A stretch of DNA of 64,000 bases from Eutreptiella sp. 'Long Island Sound 2002'. Lineage: Eukaryota; Protista; Euglenida. The position numbers and the translations under genes are program-made. Positions 1 through 14,400 of this stretch are shown here, piece by piece (position 1 is the first letter of the stretch; each line of letters begins with the position of its first letter). The DNA lies in assembly GCA_964036045.1 (NCBI GenBank), contig OZ038379.1, positions 2,170,001-2,234,000 of the forward strand. Reading direction: 5' to 3'. Under the pieces are notes generated by a model, which was not told where the DNA came from, made no database searches, and saw only the letters and a list, made by a program, of their open reading frames with translations.

Positions 1-734
1 GGCCTGTGGCCACCGCAGGAGTCTTGTTATTTAAGGGGCCACAGGCAAGGCGGTGCACACAGAAGGCGGTGCACACACAAGGCGGAACACACAAAAGGCG
101 GTCTGTGGCCACCGCAGGAGTCTTGTTATTTAAGGGGCCACAGGCAAGGCGGTACACACAGAAGGCGGTGCACACACAAGGCGGAACACACAAAAGGCGG
201 TACACACAAAAGGCGGCCTGTGGCCACCGCAGGAGTCTTGTTATTTAAGGGGCCACAGGAAAGGCGGTACACACAGAAGGCGGTGCACACACAAGGCGGA
301 ACACACAAAAGGCGGTCTGTAGCCACCGCAGGAGTCTTGTTATTTAAGGGGCCACAGGCAAGGCGGTACACACAGAAGGCGGTGCACACACAAGGCGGAA
401 CACACAAAAGGCGGCCTGTGGCCACCGCAGGAGTTTTGTTATTTAAGGGGCCACAGGCAAGCCGGTACACACAAAAGGCGGTGCACACACAAGGCGGTGC
501 ACACAAAAGGCGGTCTGTGGCCACCGCAGGAGTCATGTTATTTAAGGGGGGTGCGGGGGCTGGCCCCCGCGTCGAGCGAAGCGAGCCGTCTGTCGAGCGA
601 AGCGAGCCGAAGGTAGGGGGGGGAGGTAGGGGGGGGGAGGTAGGGGGGGGGGTTGGGGGGGGGGTAGGGGGGGGGTAGGGGGGGGGGGTAGGTAGGGGGG
701 GGAGGTAGGGGGGGGCGACTTCGTGCATACTATC
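1..734 (+). mobile_element. Satellite-carrying non-autonomous element, copy 1 (left end outside the window): ~99-bp tandem units, then GGTAGGGGGGG tracts and the conserved terminus CGACTTCGTGCATACTATC
   Basis: Repeated unit TCTGTGGCCACCGCAGGAGTCTTGTTATTTAAGGGGCCACAGGCAAGGCGG... with ~16-bp AAGGCGG(T/A)(G/A)CACACAC sub-repeats. Same organisation and same right terminus as 33636-34442. Confidence 0.8.
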
Positions 735-1184
735 GCACCGCGTATGGTGGCTCCCGCATTGACCAGAGAAATCACGACTTGCCAACTTGTAGCCCCCATG
801 CTGTACCCTGCCCTATTTGGAGATTCAGCCGTTCTGCGCCTTGTACCCTTACACCTCTTTCCACAAACCTGTCGCCCTGCTGGACTGCCCTCTTATATCA
901 AAAACCTGCGCATATCTACACCCTTCCTTTTTATAATAGCTGTCCGGAAAGAATGTTGGTGGTGGTGCTAAGCACCTCTTTATCAACACTTTGCGCCACT
1001 TTGCGCCTCAGCCAGTCCGACTTTTAAGTGGGTCCAACAGAAATGTTTCAGGTGCTCACTTTATTAAACCATTGGTTGGTGGACCCCTTAATTGCGCAGC
1101 CAGACTTGGCACCAGTGTGACGCAGACCCCACGTCAGCACACGTGCGGGATGTGCTGGTGGGACACCGCCAGATGCCACCAGAC

Positions 1185-1640
1185 AGCAGCCACACGCCAT
1201 TGCAAAAATGTTGGGCACCTCGAAAATTTCGGTGTGGTGCAGGTGCAGCGGTCACACGTTGGCACCCCCCCCCTTGTCACAGGGTGTCAATGCCTAGTAT
1301 ATCAGGCTATGTATGGTTACTGGAAACCTCATGGGTGGCCCAAGCCCATGAGGTGGCAGGCAATGCTCACAATCACAACGCTTTTCAAGACTTCCTTCAA
1401 TACAGGCTTGTGCCCACCAAAGTACTCAGAGGATGAAAGCGCAATGGAGGTGAATGCTGAAAAGGTCCCCACAGCAGTTCCAACTCCGGAGGTGGACATG
1501 GCATCCAACATACCCCCTCTGCCCAAGCTTGGCTGTCACAATCCAAGCCTGTGTTGGAACCATACATCAATGCCATGATATGCGATAGGTGGGACACTGT
1601 GGATACCCTTCGACACATGACCCCTGAAATATGGCAGCCT
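1185..1640 (+). repeat. Dispersed repeat family B, copy 1
   Basis: Long blocks (e.g. CATGGGTGGCCCAAGCCCATGAGGTGGCAGG, GGCTGTCACAATCCAAGCCTGTG) recur as reverse complement at ~26990-27520. Confidence 0.8.
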
Positions 1641-3486
1641 GCCAAGAGCTAATGGATTGCAGCCACTCAAAAGCACATAACTTCAAAGAGGAGTGGGAAG
1701 GAAGGACAACGCAATTTGGTAACAACATACTACCCAAATGCGCTGTCAAAGCAAGAACCTACTGCATTTGAGAACCTACTGCATTTCAGCTTGTTGTCTG
1801 CATACACACAGCTCAGCAGCAAGAGAGTGTTGTGGGTGCTCAATACATTCGATGGGGTAATCAACACCATGCAGCACATTTTAAACAGGGGGGGGGTGCC
1901 GTAAAGATTGCCTAGCACTGGTTGGTACGTCGAAGTGTACGCACTGGTTTGGATTTTTTGGAGGAAACTGTCTGTGTTTCTTGTTCGTGGGTGGTGGGGG
2001 AGACCCGACCAACCCCACCATGGGGCCCCTACAATCTGGGCTGAGTTGGCTGAAAATCCAAGATTGGGGAGGCCCCTTGTGGCCTTGGGCCACGCTTGGG
2101 AAATTATTTGGCGACGAGAGTACCCCAAACTGAGTGGCTGTTCAACCTGTCGTCAACCGATACCCCAGTGGTACCCATTGCAAGGGAAACGCTGAAATGA
2201 AAGGGTGCCGTTTCCCTTTCCCAGGACCGCCCACTTTGCACCCCAATAAATGCCATACACTTCTGCCTGCACATACCCCCAAAGGGCACGGTGGGTTTCA
2301 CTTGGGGGGGGGGGGGGGTTGATAGAGCCCTCCGGCCGGACCCCCCCCCCCAGCAAAAAGGGCTAAAATGACGGGACCCCCCAAAACGCCCAAAAACTGA
2401 CTCAGGGACGTCCGTGGTTCCGATCGCAGTGGTATTTGTGTTTAAGGACACAAGGCCCCTAGTTAATGCTAGCTACATGTATGTAGCGCCCCACCATGGC
2501 CTAGAACCACATGAACTGCGAACTAGTTATCCTCGATAGCACCGGAAGGTTGAACAAATGTGAAGGCCCACAAGAGGGCAGATTGGCTACGTAACCCCTG
2601 CCGTCTAGGGGGTCCCCAACAAGGGGACAAAGCAAGAAGAACATAACCCCAGCCGAAAGTGGATTCTAAGAGTCTTTTCATTGGTGATACTGGTGGCTGT
2701 CAATTGAGCCCTTTTCCCAACCCCCTGTGTGACATTCCGTCTGGTTGTTGTTCCTTTCCAATTCTTCCCTTCGCATGTTGCGTCGCGTTGCTGCTTTCCT
2801 CGGCCGTTGTGGCCGGTGCTCTTGCTGGTGTCGTTTCCGCGTTCGCAGAGCCCAGTATTTGGTGTGTTGGGGCTGTGCTGAATGTGGCATGGTGTGCCGT
2901 TTGCACGTCAACAGTCCACAGTGCCAAATAATTGGCGTATTGAGGATGTGCTGGTTGTTGCCGGGGTCGTTGGATTGTGTTTGCTGTCCACGCGCCTCTG
3001 TCCACAGGCCGTCCATCGCCTGCCTCGCTGTGGTTCTGTGTGCGTGAGGCTCAGGTGCCCTATTCTTCCACGTGTTGTCCCGGCCGTCCACCATATGTCC
3101 TTTTCCCCCCCACGGCTGGTCTGCCCCTGATGGGCTCCCGCTCCTGTTGCGCAAATAGCCCATCTGGGCTGCGGGAGACACCCCCCACCTGATGCCGGTT
3201 GAGCAGGGATGGCCCTGGCACCCGGTAGCGACGGGGCTGGCCGGCCAGGCCATCCCCTTTGTTATCGCTGCCTCCCATGTGCACGTTCTCCCATCCCCTC
3301 CATTCTGGCCCCTTGTTCCCGCTTTTCTCACGGGTGGGCCGTCTCCTCGCTTTTAGACGCGACTCCCCCCCTCCAGTAGAAGTGGGCCGAAGGTCCCTAG
3401 GGGCGGGGGGCGGGGGGCCTAGCCGCCGAGGAGGGCTTCTCTAAGGGACTTGCTAGTCGCTACTAGTTGCTGGGGGGGGGGGGGGC

Positions 3487-3571
3487 TAACCCCAACTCAA
3501 GGGGCCACGCAACAAAGCGTGGATTGTGAGTCCCTAACCCCAACTCAAGGGGCCACGCAACAAAGCGTGGG
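3487..3571 (+). repeat. Short tandem duplication (~48-bp period)
   Basis: CTAACCCCAACTCAAGGGGCCACGCAACAAAGCGTGG occurs twice, 48 bp apart. Confidence 0.9.
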
Positions 3572-3589
3572 AAAGAGAAACAAGAAAGA

Positions 3590-3790
3590 AAAAAAGAACG
3601 CAGTGCGTTCGCCCCCGAAAGAATTTGGCGCTGCACTCGGGCCGGGGTTTTGCTCCGAATGTGGGATCTTCACTGCGCAACAAACGACATTTGTATAGCG
3701 GCCCGTCTTGCTCATCTCCGCTGGAAGCACCTCGCAACAAACAACATTTGTATAGCGCCTCGTCTTGCGAGGTCTGGCGCTCAAAAGCTC
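3590..3790 (+). repeat. Dispersed repeat family C, copy 1
   Basis: GGATCTTCA..G.GCAAC.AACGACATTTGTAT.G.GCC.CGTCTTGC motif shared with ~4470-4670 and ~6400-6630, and internally duplicated here. Confidence 0.8.
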
Positions 3791-4469
3791 TGATCAAAAG
3801 TGGCTACCTCAAAATCAAAATTGGCGACCTCACCCCTGCCTTCTTGGGGGCCCACAAGTGGGCGGAAATGGTACCTAACCCCTGCATTCTCGGGGGTCCC
3901 CGACAAAGGGGACAAAATTTTCGGGCGCCTTTGGCGCGACCCTATGTATGGCTTGTAGCCATTAACCCTTGGTAACTAAGTGGGCCCGGAGGGCAAGGAG
4001 GGGGGGGGGGGGGGGGGGGAGTCGCGTACCCGAACCGAGGGGACGGCTTCCCCGTGGCTATTCTGGTTGCCTCTCCTACCTTGCTGTGCCCCTCCTCCTT
4101 GTCTGTTGTGCTCACCCTTGTCCCTCCTGGTGTGGCTCCCGCGTTTTGTGTGTCTGTGTTGCTCGCCCCCCCCCCCCCCCCCCAGGCTTTGGGGGGGCTC
4201 TATTGACCCCCCCCCCCCAGCAAGTGAAAACCCGACTTGCCAAGCACAACCACAATACCCAGCCCATACCCCCTTGTCCAATGTTGCATCAATGCCGTGG
4301 CCATAGAATGCCTATTTCTATTGTGCTATAGCATGCACAATCCTCTGATGTGCGCATGCAACCTCTGGGTACTCCTGATGCATCCAAAAACAGACATAGA
4401 AGGCTACACCTGCGCGCTGCAGGCGCCCCACAGGTGCCACAGGGTAGGAATAATCCTCTTAAACCGTAG

Positions 4470-4670
4470 AAACAGTGAAACTTGCAACAAGAAGGAAGAA
4501 ACACCACTCCATGACCATTTGGAGTACCTGCCTGTACAAAACCCACTGAGTGAACAGCACAAGGACCGCACTTGAGCCGGGGAAGAGCTCCGAATGCAGG
4601 ATCTTCACTGAGCAACCAACGACATTTGTATAGTGCCTCGTCTTGCGAATTTGGCGCTCAAAGCATGGAC
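4470..4670 (+). repeat. Dispersed repeat family C, copy 2
   Basis: AAACTTGCAACAAGAAG...TTTGGAGTAC.TGCCTGTACAAAACCCACTGAGTG matches ~6418-6492. Confidence 0.8.
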
Positions 4671-4944
4671 GTTTGATGACAGGGAAGCAAAGGGGGAACC
4701 CCTACCTTCTCGGGTAGCAACATAACCCCTGCCTTCTTGAGCATGACCACATGGGCTAAACTATTTTACTAACCCCTTGAAATGCACCAAAATGTAGAGG
4801 AAGGAACTTGGTACCTGTAGACCCCGGGCGAAACGGGAACATAGCCCGGCATTCCCCATCACCCCAACCCCAAACCCCAACACACACGGGTTAGCGGCGG
4901 CGGGGGGGGGGGGGGAGCTCAAAAAAGAAAAAAGAGTCTCCAAG

Positions 4945-5090
4945 GATGTGTTGCACACGTAGTGGATCCAATAACAATGAATTGCGTGTCTTGTTTGCGG
5001 ACGGGATTATTCCTAACGCGCGCCGCAGGGTGCAACGCAGGCGCCGCAGGGGTGTAGCCCTCATAGGGCACGCCAATATGGAGATGATGT
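4945..5090 (+). repeat. Dispersed repeat family D, copy 1
   Basis: GAATTGC.TGTCTT.TTTGC....GG.ATTATT.C.AAC.CGCGCCGCAGGG and AGCCCTCAT shared with ~6850-6985. Confidence 0.7.
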
Positions 5091-5412
5091 ATACCACAAT
5101 TACTGAGCAGGGAGAGGATATAAATGGGGGGAGGGGTGCCTCCCCAAAGGGCTCAAAGGGTGGGGGGGGGTCCTTGATACCCCAACATAGAGCCCTGAAA
5201 ATGATCCTCATGAAGCGCCGGTTATTTTGAGGTTTGTGTGATGGGGAAATTTCTTCAAAAAATTGCTGTTAGGGTCATTTGGTAACCCACTTCACCTGCC
5301 ATCACCATTCCTCAGACTGTCCTTTTCTACTCATTCATTTTTGTAATTCGTAATACGTGCCATCGTCATCACAGCCCTTATAAGAGCCCTTCCCCCATCT
5401 CCACCAAAGCAA

Positions 5413-8400
5413 TTACGTCAATATCATATCCACCCTGGTACTGGGTGCAGGCGGACTCCTGAGAGTCTCAGGAGTGGTTGGAGAAGGGGGTTGGGGGGTT
5501 CTTACTGCAACAGGCATGGATACATGAAGCTTTGCAGCCGTTTTGCATCTCTCAATAGGCTGGCTCAACAAACTGCATGGTACTGTTGGGGAGACAGGGA
5601 ATTTTTGAATCTGCAAATATCTCAAAAACCGCACCCACTGCAGTGACCTTGGTTCCAGGAGCTGCAAATGGACGTGATATCTGCAATAAGTGTAAGGGAG
5701 GGGACAAACCTTTGATTTGTCGCTCTGCTTTGGGACGTACTCCGATTCTTGCAAGCGGGCCGACTTCTGCTTGCCCTTCCCCTTTGGTTTACTGGATCCG
5801 CTTGCACTGTCTTCCTTCTTCAAATGGGCAGACAGCGCTTTGATACGCTTGACCTCCCAAGCCTGCAGCGCAAAAAATGCTGCAGTCAATGCACACCTAT
5901 GCCAGTGCGGCCACACGAATTTCCCTCTTGCGTTCAGATGGAAGCAATTGAGAATGAGACACGAGCGAGAGAGAGAGAGAGAGAGAGGTCAGAAGCGAAC
6001 AAAGAGTGAGAAGGAAGCAGAGAAGAAAGATGGACAAAAAACACAATGCTTCACCTCCCAGCTGTGTTGCAACAGCCATGGTGGACCACGTTTAGCTCCC
6101 GGTTCCCTCGGCGCTCGCTCAGCTCAATTGCATGACAAGGATTTGTGATCCTGAGGGGTGGCAACTGGGGCAGAAAAGAATCAGCTGCACTCCAACTCCC
6201 AAAATGGTTGTTAAACCAACGTGCAGTGTGAGAAAACCATACCGCTTTGTTTGGTGGGCTGATCATGCAGATCACTCTAAAGCGTTGAATCTTGAATGTT
6301 TTGGTGCAGGAGTTTCAATGTACGAAGCAAAAATGGCTCCCAATTTTTTTTTCCAGCATTGAGGGCTCCTCCTGCGCGCCGCAGGGCAAGAATGATCCTC
6401 TAACTGCAGAAACAGGGAAACTTGCAACAAGAAGTAAAAACCACCATTCCATGCCCTTTTGGAGTACTTGCCTGTACAAAACCCACTGAGTGGGTGGGGG
6501 TTGGGTGGCGTTCGCCCCTGGGGGACCGCCACATCGAGCTGGGGCTGAGCTCAAGGGCGGGATCTTCAATGAGCAACAAACGACATTTGTATGGCGCCTC
6601 GTCTTGCCCCATCTGGGGCTCAAAGCACTGTTTCACGGCGCCATGGGTTTCGTTTAGCTGAGTTCAGCAGATTCTCAGGTGCCCGAATCCACCACAAATC
6701 TTGAATGTCTTTGACATATCGTTGAGTTACGACCTAAGACCAGGACATATCCCCAACCGGAAAGGGGCCTATCCATATCGGCTAGGGAACCTAGGGAACA
6801 CACGGGGGGAAAGGGCGGGTCCTTGAAAGAAAAAAGATTGCTTAGGGGACGTATTGCACAATGTAGAGGGATGGAGTGTGCAAAAAACAGCGAATACAAT
6901 GACAACGAATTGCCTGTCTTCTTTGCTGTTGGAATTATTTCCAACACGCGCCGCAGGGGAGGAGCCCTCATCGGCCTGTTCAACCTGCAGCTGACAGCCT
7001 CTTTTTGGGGGATGAGGTTGGTCATTCAAGTGCAAACTACTGCAATCCAGATGCGATCCAGATACAGTCAGCAGCAGAGCAGTTCAAGAACATACTTTGT
7101 ACGCCGCCGCCAAAGCATCCAAATCAGTCAACCACATGTCCTTTGGTGCCGTATTGTACAACCTATTGAACTCCTCTTCTTTCTGCTTCAGCTTGGCCTT
7201 CAGCTCTTCAATTTTTTCCCATGTGAGTGCCCAGATCTTCATTCCCAGAAGATAATCATAATCACGGGCAGATTGATCCGCTTCCACCTCTAGACACATT
7301 GAACACCACAAAGCTTGAGTGGCTGCTTGCGCACAGCAAAAGACAAAAGAAACACATGGCATTCATGCATGGTCATCACTGTTTCATATCCCAACATTGT
7401 TGCTGGAGCGAACATTGTCAGTTTGAAAATTTGGATGTGCTGTGATGACTGGCAATCCGGAGGTTACCAAACAAGTTAGTGCCTGGAAGAACTCAGATTT
7501 ATGTGGTCTTTTTGGACCTGGTTTCCACTCGTTTGGACCCAGATGGGATCAAAAGGGATCAGCAACAGTGATTCCATTTCGCCCTGCACACTGGACACGC
7601 TTTACTAGTCATGAATCACTAATGATCACTACTGATGACGGGAGGGCAACATGAGCAAGCAGGCAACCACACCAAACAGGCCAGACACACACACACACAC
7701 ACACACACACAAATCACGGCAGGTGTGGTCAAACATGCGCTTCGGCTGCTATTTATTGCCCACATGTAATAATTGCACACCTTCCTCCCCTTCCATGTCT
7801 TCATCCTCTGCGTAATCTTTGGCTCCTTTGGCAACAGTCTTCTTCTCTTCTGGAGGGAAAGGCTGAAAAAGGACAGTCAAAGAACCCCAACACAGCACCT
7901 ACAAAATCACCAAAACAGCCCATTCCCTGTGTGCCAGCCAGGCAAAACAGAGCCTGTGGTCGAAAAAATTTTCGGTTGCTTTGGAAAAGGAGGAGAGGGG
8001 AGGGGGTGGATGGGGGTTCTCGTTGCAAATTCTAACTTTAAATGTCCTGGGGGCCTTCCGAAACAGACAATGTTGAGGTGGCTCAAAAACAAAAAAACGT
8101 CCAGAGCGTGCAGCATACAGGTTGGTCATGCAGCATGGCAGCAGCATGGGAACCACGGCAAATATTTGCAGCATCCTCGAACCTGGCATCCGCTGGACGA
8201 TTGGACTTTCCTGGTCAATTGCATGAAGTCACTCTAGTGTTCGAATGAACCATCTCGACTTGTAATCCTGATTAATTCCACTCCGTCTCAACTACGGACA
8301 TCCGCTCAAACAGCAACATCTCTGCGAACCTCCAGGAGCATGGCATACCTTATATTTGCGGGTCCTCAAATCGGCCAGGAGATCCTTTTTCTTCCGTTTC

Positions 8401-11400
8401 ATGACTTCCAATGCACCGTCAATCACTTCCTTGATGAAGCGGACCTGAGCAAAGAAATGGGTCAGACTTTCAATTGGATGGTCAGTAAATGCAGCTCGTC
8501 AACCTCAATTCGAGCGCAAACCCAGCCATGCAACACCGATACAGCACATGGCTGAGTGCAGGGCAGCAAATATGGGCCTTCTGAGTGTTGCATACATGGC
8601 AACGAGGCTTGCGGCAGCAGAAACTCCAGCAGCTTCCCTGTGCCACGCCCGGGATTCAAGCGCCGCTGGCGCTCCACAGACTCAGCGCTCAGGAGGTGAC
8701 ATGGCTAACACAGCAGGGGGTTCGGGGTGCCATAGAAGCTGAGTAAGTGCCGGTTGGGGCAGGAGGCGGCGGTTGGATGGGGACTATTTAGCTGCAGAAA
8801 ATGTGGGGCGGGAAAATGTTGGCCACTGTGAAAAATCCCAAAGATTCAACTGCACCACGCCCCACGCAAACGGATGGTGCGCAGAGCCTCTCGACTTGGT
8901 GGTGGGGCAGAGATTCGTCTTCGTTGAAGGCCAAAAATTGCGAAAAATTTGTTCCCTGCCCGAATTCTTTTGTATGCGATGCAAAGCGCATACCATATTC
9001 TTCAACTTCTCACATTCTGCCTGAACCTTGTCCATCAACAGGTCTTTTCGCTTGTGGTAGTATTCATATCGGACGACGAAAAATTCCTCCATGATGTCCT
9101 GCACACCTGAATACAACGCGCAGATACCAAAGAGTGGACGAGCATGTTGTGACAAAAGCAGTGCTTTGCTAGAATGGCTGGTTTCTCAATGATCTGCGAC
9201 CAATAAATGCATCGCCCTGGCATATCAACACACAAACCTGACGCACACAGCACGAGCAGAACCCAAATCCAGAGGTTGGGGCAACGTACTGTCATATTTG
9301 GCGATGTTGCCTTTATGATCAAAGCAAACCAGATTGCTGACTGGAATATTGCTGCGCATCTTGAACTTTTCCTCCAATCCAATACCTAAGATGTGAAAGC
9401 AACAATCCCTGCACTACATACCAGAGAGCAGGGGTTTTTGGAAAAAGAACAGCGATTCAGCGGCACCTGCCTCAGCACGGGTCACAAAAAATATCTCTGA
9501 AGCGACCCTTTCCCACTATAACTAACTCCTGTGGACATTGCTGTGTGGCTGTCACTAGCATCTACGAGGTCCCCGTCCCCAAAATTTTCATCAAAGGAAC
9601 GTGATCTGAATCCGACCCCTCGCACCAGACGTGCAGCATACTTCTCCATTCCCGGAGTGTTTCGGGCGCCATTTGGACTTCAAAATCGACTGTCACGTCC
9701 GTATGGTGCTCCCGGTAATCATGGATGATCTCAGCGGTCATGAGCTCTTCAATGACGTCTTTCTTGTAATCCTTTGGGAGCAAAGGACGATGGAATTTGA
9801 AACCCTGAAATACCCCAACCCCACCAAATGCTGGGCTGCACCCTGACAGAACGCTCGCACAATAAGCAGCCTTGCGGTGCTGTCTCGTCGCATCAAACGG
9901 CAAACACTGTGGCAGCAAATAAAACACCTCAGTCCATACGCCGATTGGGAGCTCCGTGATGTTCACAACCGTTCCGTTGTTACCAACTTCTCGAATAGTA
10001 CCAACGCAGCGGTACCCTTTGCCTTCTGGGATCAGGGCATCGTTGTTGGTGAAGTCACGGTACCATGGGTGGAGGGCAGGCACCTCCTTGCCGTTCAATT
10101 TGCAGCGGACCCATTCAACCAAAGTCTCCGGGTTGTAATTAGGAATGTACGTAGCATACCCGGTTCCGATCCCCCTTGAGCCATTCACCAAAACCGTCGG
10201 GATCACTGGGGCATACCTGAATCCAGAAACAAGAAATAGACGAACACAAGCAGGTTGTAAACACAATTTGGGCTGCGGGATTCACGGATTCAGTGGGTGG
10301 CCGGCATGCGGATTTCCAGCGCCCTTGCTGTAGCGTCCTCTTCCACCTTGCCCACAGGCACCCTGAGCATACCAATATGGTTCCACGGATTGGCCATCAT
10401 CCTCTCTGTATGCAAGCAACTCATCATCAGTGTGGGGAAATAAAGCACGGGCCAAGGGAGTCAGCTTTGTGAACAAATAACGAGCCTGGGAAGCATCTTT
10501 GCCACCCTGAGCAAAATAAAGCATGCATTGGCGGAAATACTGACTAACAAGTTACACGCGCCAATGTAGCACCATCTGATTCTTCAGTTCTGAACACGCA
10601 CTTGCCTTCAGTTCGTGCATTTGCCATTGCATTTTCAATGGCCCCAGCCTCTAAACCTTGCAACAATGTTTCACACTTAACCCAGTCTGACTTCTGCTCC
10701 AGAGGAATTGTCGACATGAGGATTCGCACATGGCACATGGACATATCATCGAAAATCTCAATTTTGACACACAAAGATTCACCGGAATTGCAATTCCAAT
10801 CACCTGCCAGTGCTTTCAGTTACGCTTAAAACAGGTTTTGCCGTGCGGTTCATTGTTTCAAGCTGCGCTCTCTTTGGAACTTTCTTGGCGTATACCGTGT
10901 ATTTGAGGCTTTTGGGTGCACTGTCGGCCTTCTTGATGGGTGGCACCGATTGTGTCAGCAGTGGTGCTGCCTTTTGGGATTGGTGCTCTAGAACGGTGGC
11001 GGGGTGGCGAATGAGGGAGATTGTAAGGGATCTTGGGCCATGACCAGTAGCTCCTCTGTTGTATGCTGGGTGGTATGGTGGTGATGTTGTGGCATATGCT
11101 TGTCCCTGCTGCACACACGGCTCCAGCTGGAAACCCATCTGTTTTGACCTAAACTTAACCCTGGGCAGGAGCAGGGACGCATGGGACGCATGTTGTATGC
11201 TGGGTGGTATGGTGGTGATGTTGTGGCATATGCTTGTCCCTGCTGCACACACGGCTCCAGCTGGAAACCCATCTGTTTTGACCTAAACTTAACCCTGGGC
11301 AGGAGCAGGGACGCATGGGGGGGGGGGGGAGGGGGGGTCTGAGACCCATGGGTTTGTGCACCAAAAATCGCCCAAACAATTATTCTTGCATTGAGGAATT

Positions 11401-14400
11401 TTTTTTAGGACCGAGGGGGGTGGGGTGACCAGGGATGTATTGGGGGGGGGGGGGTTTGGCTGGGACCCCCCTCCTCCTAGGGTCCCCGCCGAAGGTGGGC
11501 CAAAAAAATTTACGCCGAAGGCGCCGAAGCAAAATGTTGGCTGTCAGCCTCATCCCTGCATCCCTGGGCATCCATGAGCAGGGGTCTCTTGGGCGGAGGG
11601 GGGTCTACAGCTCAAATGCTGAGCGCTGGAGGCTCATACAACATGCATGTACAAGGAGGAAAACACACTTTTCTTCCCGCAGTGGTGGTGCCGGATGACA
11701 GGGTGGTCCCCTGGAGTAAACTGGAACACTCGTCCTCTGAGTGGCATTCACTTGGATGGACGCTGTGCTTTCCGCACATTTCGTTTCCTTCAACGAAGGC
11801 TCTGCTTTCAAAATCTTGGTCTTACTAGACAGAGCAGAGGGCACCCCACCATCAGAAACAGGGACGTCAGACAGAGTGTGACTAAATGGTCCTAGTTTGT
11901 CCATGATTGAACACTGTATTCTTGCAAAATTCCACATGTACACCAACAGCACTGAAAACATTCAAGCACCAGCAGCATACCGCAATGCGAGTACCAAATT
12001 GTCCGATTGGCTCCAACAAATTCATGTTGTTTGATCCGCAGAAATCTTGGGCCATTCCGATGATTGTGCCCTGCAAACTTGCTTCTCCGTGGTGGTATGC
12101 ACTGTGTTCCGAAACGTAGCCTGACAACTGAGCCACCTGGGAAAGCAGAATCTGGTCAACCTCAGAAACGGAAAGACAAACAGCACCTTATCCAGACGAC
12201 GACATACTGGAGGGGATGGGCTGGTTGTCTTGGTCTGCCCCTGCCTTCCCTCCCTGTCTTCCCCAGCTCCCTCCTCTGGATGGTCCAACCATGCGGGCAG
12301 GGCTGTGCGAAAGGAAAGGGTGGGCTTGTCGGGGAGGGGCAGTGGGGTTGCCATGACGCCTGCGTCAATTGCGGTCTGCACCTATTGGCCTCTCCGTGGT
12401 GGGGGAGGGGTGACCTAATTAAAAAACAGACAAATGCAAACCAGAGGTAATGCACTCCACAGTCAGGCATAAGTGCATCTTTATTCTCTATGCCAAACCT
12501 GGTTAAACCTCAAGACACACACTGGTGGGGGGGATGTAGGCTGGTGAGAGGTTGCAGTGGCTTCAACTGAAAGTGAACAGCCCTTCTGCAGACCAGTAGG
12601 CCCCTAACAACAGATGAAAATTGTGCAGGTGCTGCTCAATGTGAGCATGCGCACCAGGGTTCACAGGCGCGAGAAATTTGACATGAAGCTCTGAAAAAAA
12701 TTTCCCAACCCTAACCCTAGCCAAGACTGAATATTGGGACCGAGATGGTTGGGGGTGGAACATCAGGTACACTAGTACAAGTGGCCGAATAAAAACGCAG
12801 GTTGAGGGACACTCCGAACGATTCAGTCCACGCCCCCCAAAACCTCGCTCGGTTCGCTCGCTCGAGACGCATGTCCCCCAGCAGCCCCCAACCACCCCCG
12901 CCCAAACCCTTTGTTGCTTGCTTTCTTTGCTCGCTCGAGACACAAGCCCTCCCCCCCCCCCCCCCCGACGAAGTCTGGGCCTCAAAATTGCCCATTTTAA
13001 AGGTTTTCGGGAATTTGCATGGCCTAAAATGGGTCAAATACGACTCAAAATAGCCTTTAACCACTTGTTTGAGCACCCCAACTGCTCAACCCTTGCCAAT
13101 TTCAGAGTTCAAATCGGTAGATATCTGTGCGCAACCGCATGGCAATGATTTGGCAGACAGAAACACCTTGATCTCATTCTTCTCCATCCCCTTCTTCTTG
13201 AAACAACAGAACAAAATTTTCCGTTGACTGGGTTTGAATCCATCCATCTGTGAACAAGAAATGGGTTGGAACATCTAAAGATACTCGGAGATTCAACACC
13301 GATGACACATGCTCTTGTACCAGCTTCCACGAACTTCGGCAGCCAGATGCACACATGTACAGTAGGGTTCCTCGACGAGCAGCTCCGAATTGAGCCCATA
13401 CTGATGCCTGCAAACTGAGTGCCAATTCTTGTAAAGGACGGTGCACTGTTACTGAAAGCGATATGCTTGTGCATGTGGGGATGTTGCCAACAACAAATTG
13501 GTCAGTGGATTTGCAGAGAAGAAGGCTGCTTTGTATGCAAAATAATGCACGAAAGTCATATGTAAGCCATGATTCGCCCAACCATTTCACCACATCACGT
13601 CACCTTTGTCAACAAGCCATAAATACATTCCAAGTAATATGGATGTAGCCCGCAAACAAGCACATGGAGAGGCAGAAAATGGAACACACCATGCTGGGAA
13701 TGCTGCGTTCACAATCGGCACGTGAAAACAAAACCAATTCCTTGTGGATGAAATCTGAGATTGTCATGTGGCTCTGGGTGAAATCCACGTCATCGGACTG
13801 CAAATTAAAATGGACACAGAGGATCTACATCAACTCAACACAGGATGCAGATCCCATCCTCTGCTGCAGCACCACATGTCACCGGGCACACAACTGCCTG
13901 AATGACAATGTGCAATTTTTGGCCAGAACTGGCAGTATTGGTTCCACCATGAACTGTGCAGGAATGTTGCACCCCTGCAGGATGGGCTCAATTTGGAGGC
14001 TGCTGCTCGCCATGCTGCAATTCACCATACACATGGAAAAGCCTTTGTTGTTGTGCAAACCACGTGGCTTGTCAGTCTGCAGAAGGTTGCTGCTCACCAG
14101 GATCAGGCTGAATCCAGCTGCAAACTTTGGTTGGTCCAAGCGGCAGCAAAAGCACGAAGAAAAGCGTTTTCAAGAATGCTGGAATCAAGAGCTGGGACCA
14201 TGATGTTAAGACTAGCTGCGCCACACAAGCACACAGGTCATCTTGAACCCGGCAAAATACTTGGTTGAATTTTCTGAAAACTGAATTTCCCAGGGGAACG
14301 TACTGCGCCCAATGGGAAAATTGTTGTATAGATGGTTGTTGGTGAGTCTCCTTCAATCTGTGATTGCTGCGCCTTGACCAAATGGCATTTGAAGCAAATA

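Noticed and set aside
1-545. Regularly spaced repeats as a CRISPR array, and ORFs such as ATAGVLLFKGPQARR...
   Set aside because: Whole 99-bp units repeat with no unique spacers, there are no cas genes, and the context is eukaryotic. The ORFs are by-products of a unit length divisible by 3.
10560-11960. Exon-like open segments in the TOP2 intron between GTRIA and GGKDAS
   Set aside because: Direct splicing gives the conserved active-site region, an insertion there is implausible, and I could not build a consistent phase chain.
12705-12720. CCCTAACCCTAG as a telomeric repeat
   Set aside because: Only about two units, embedded in a dispersed repeat.
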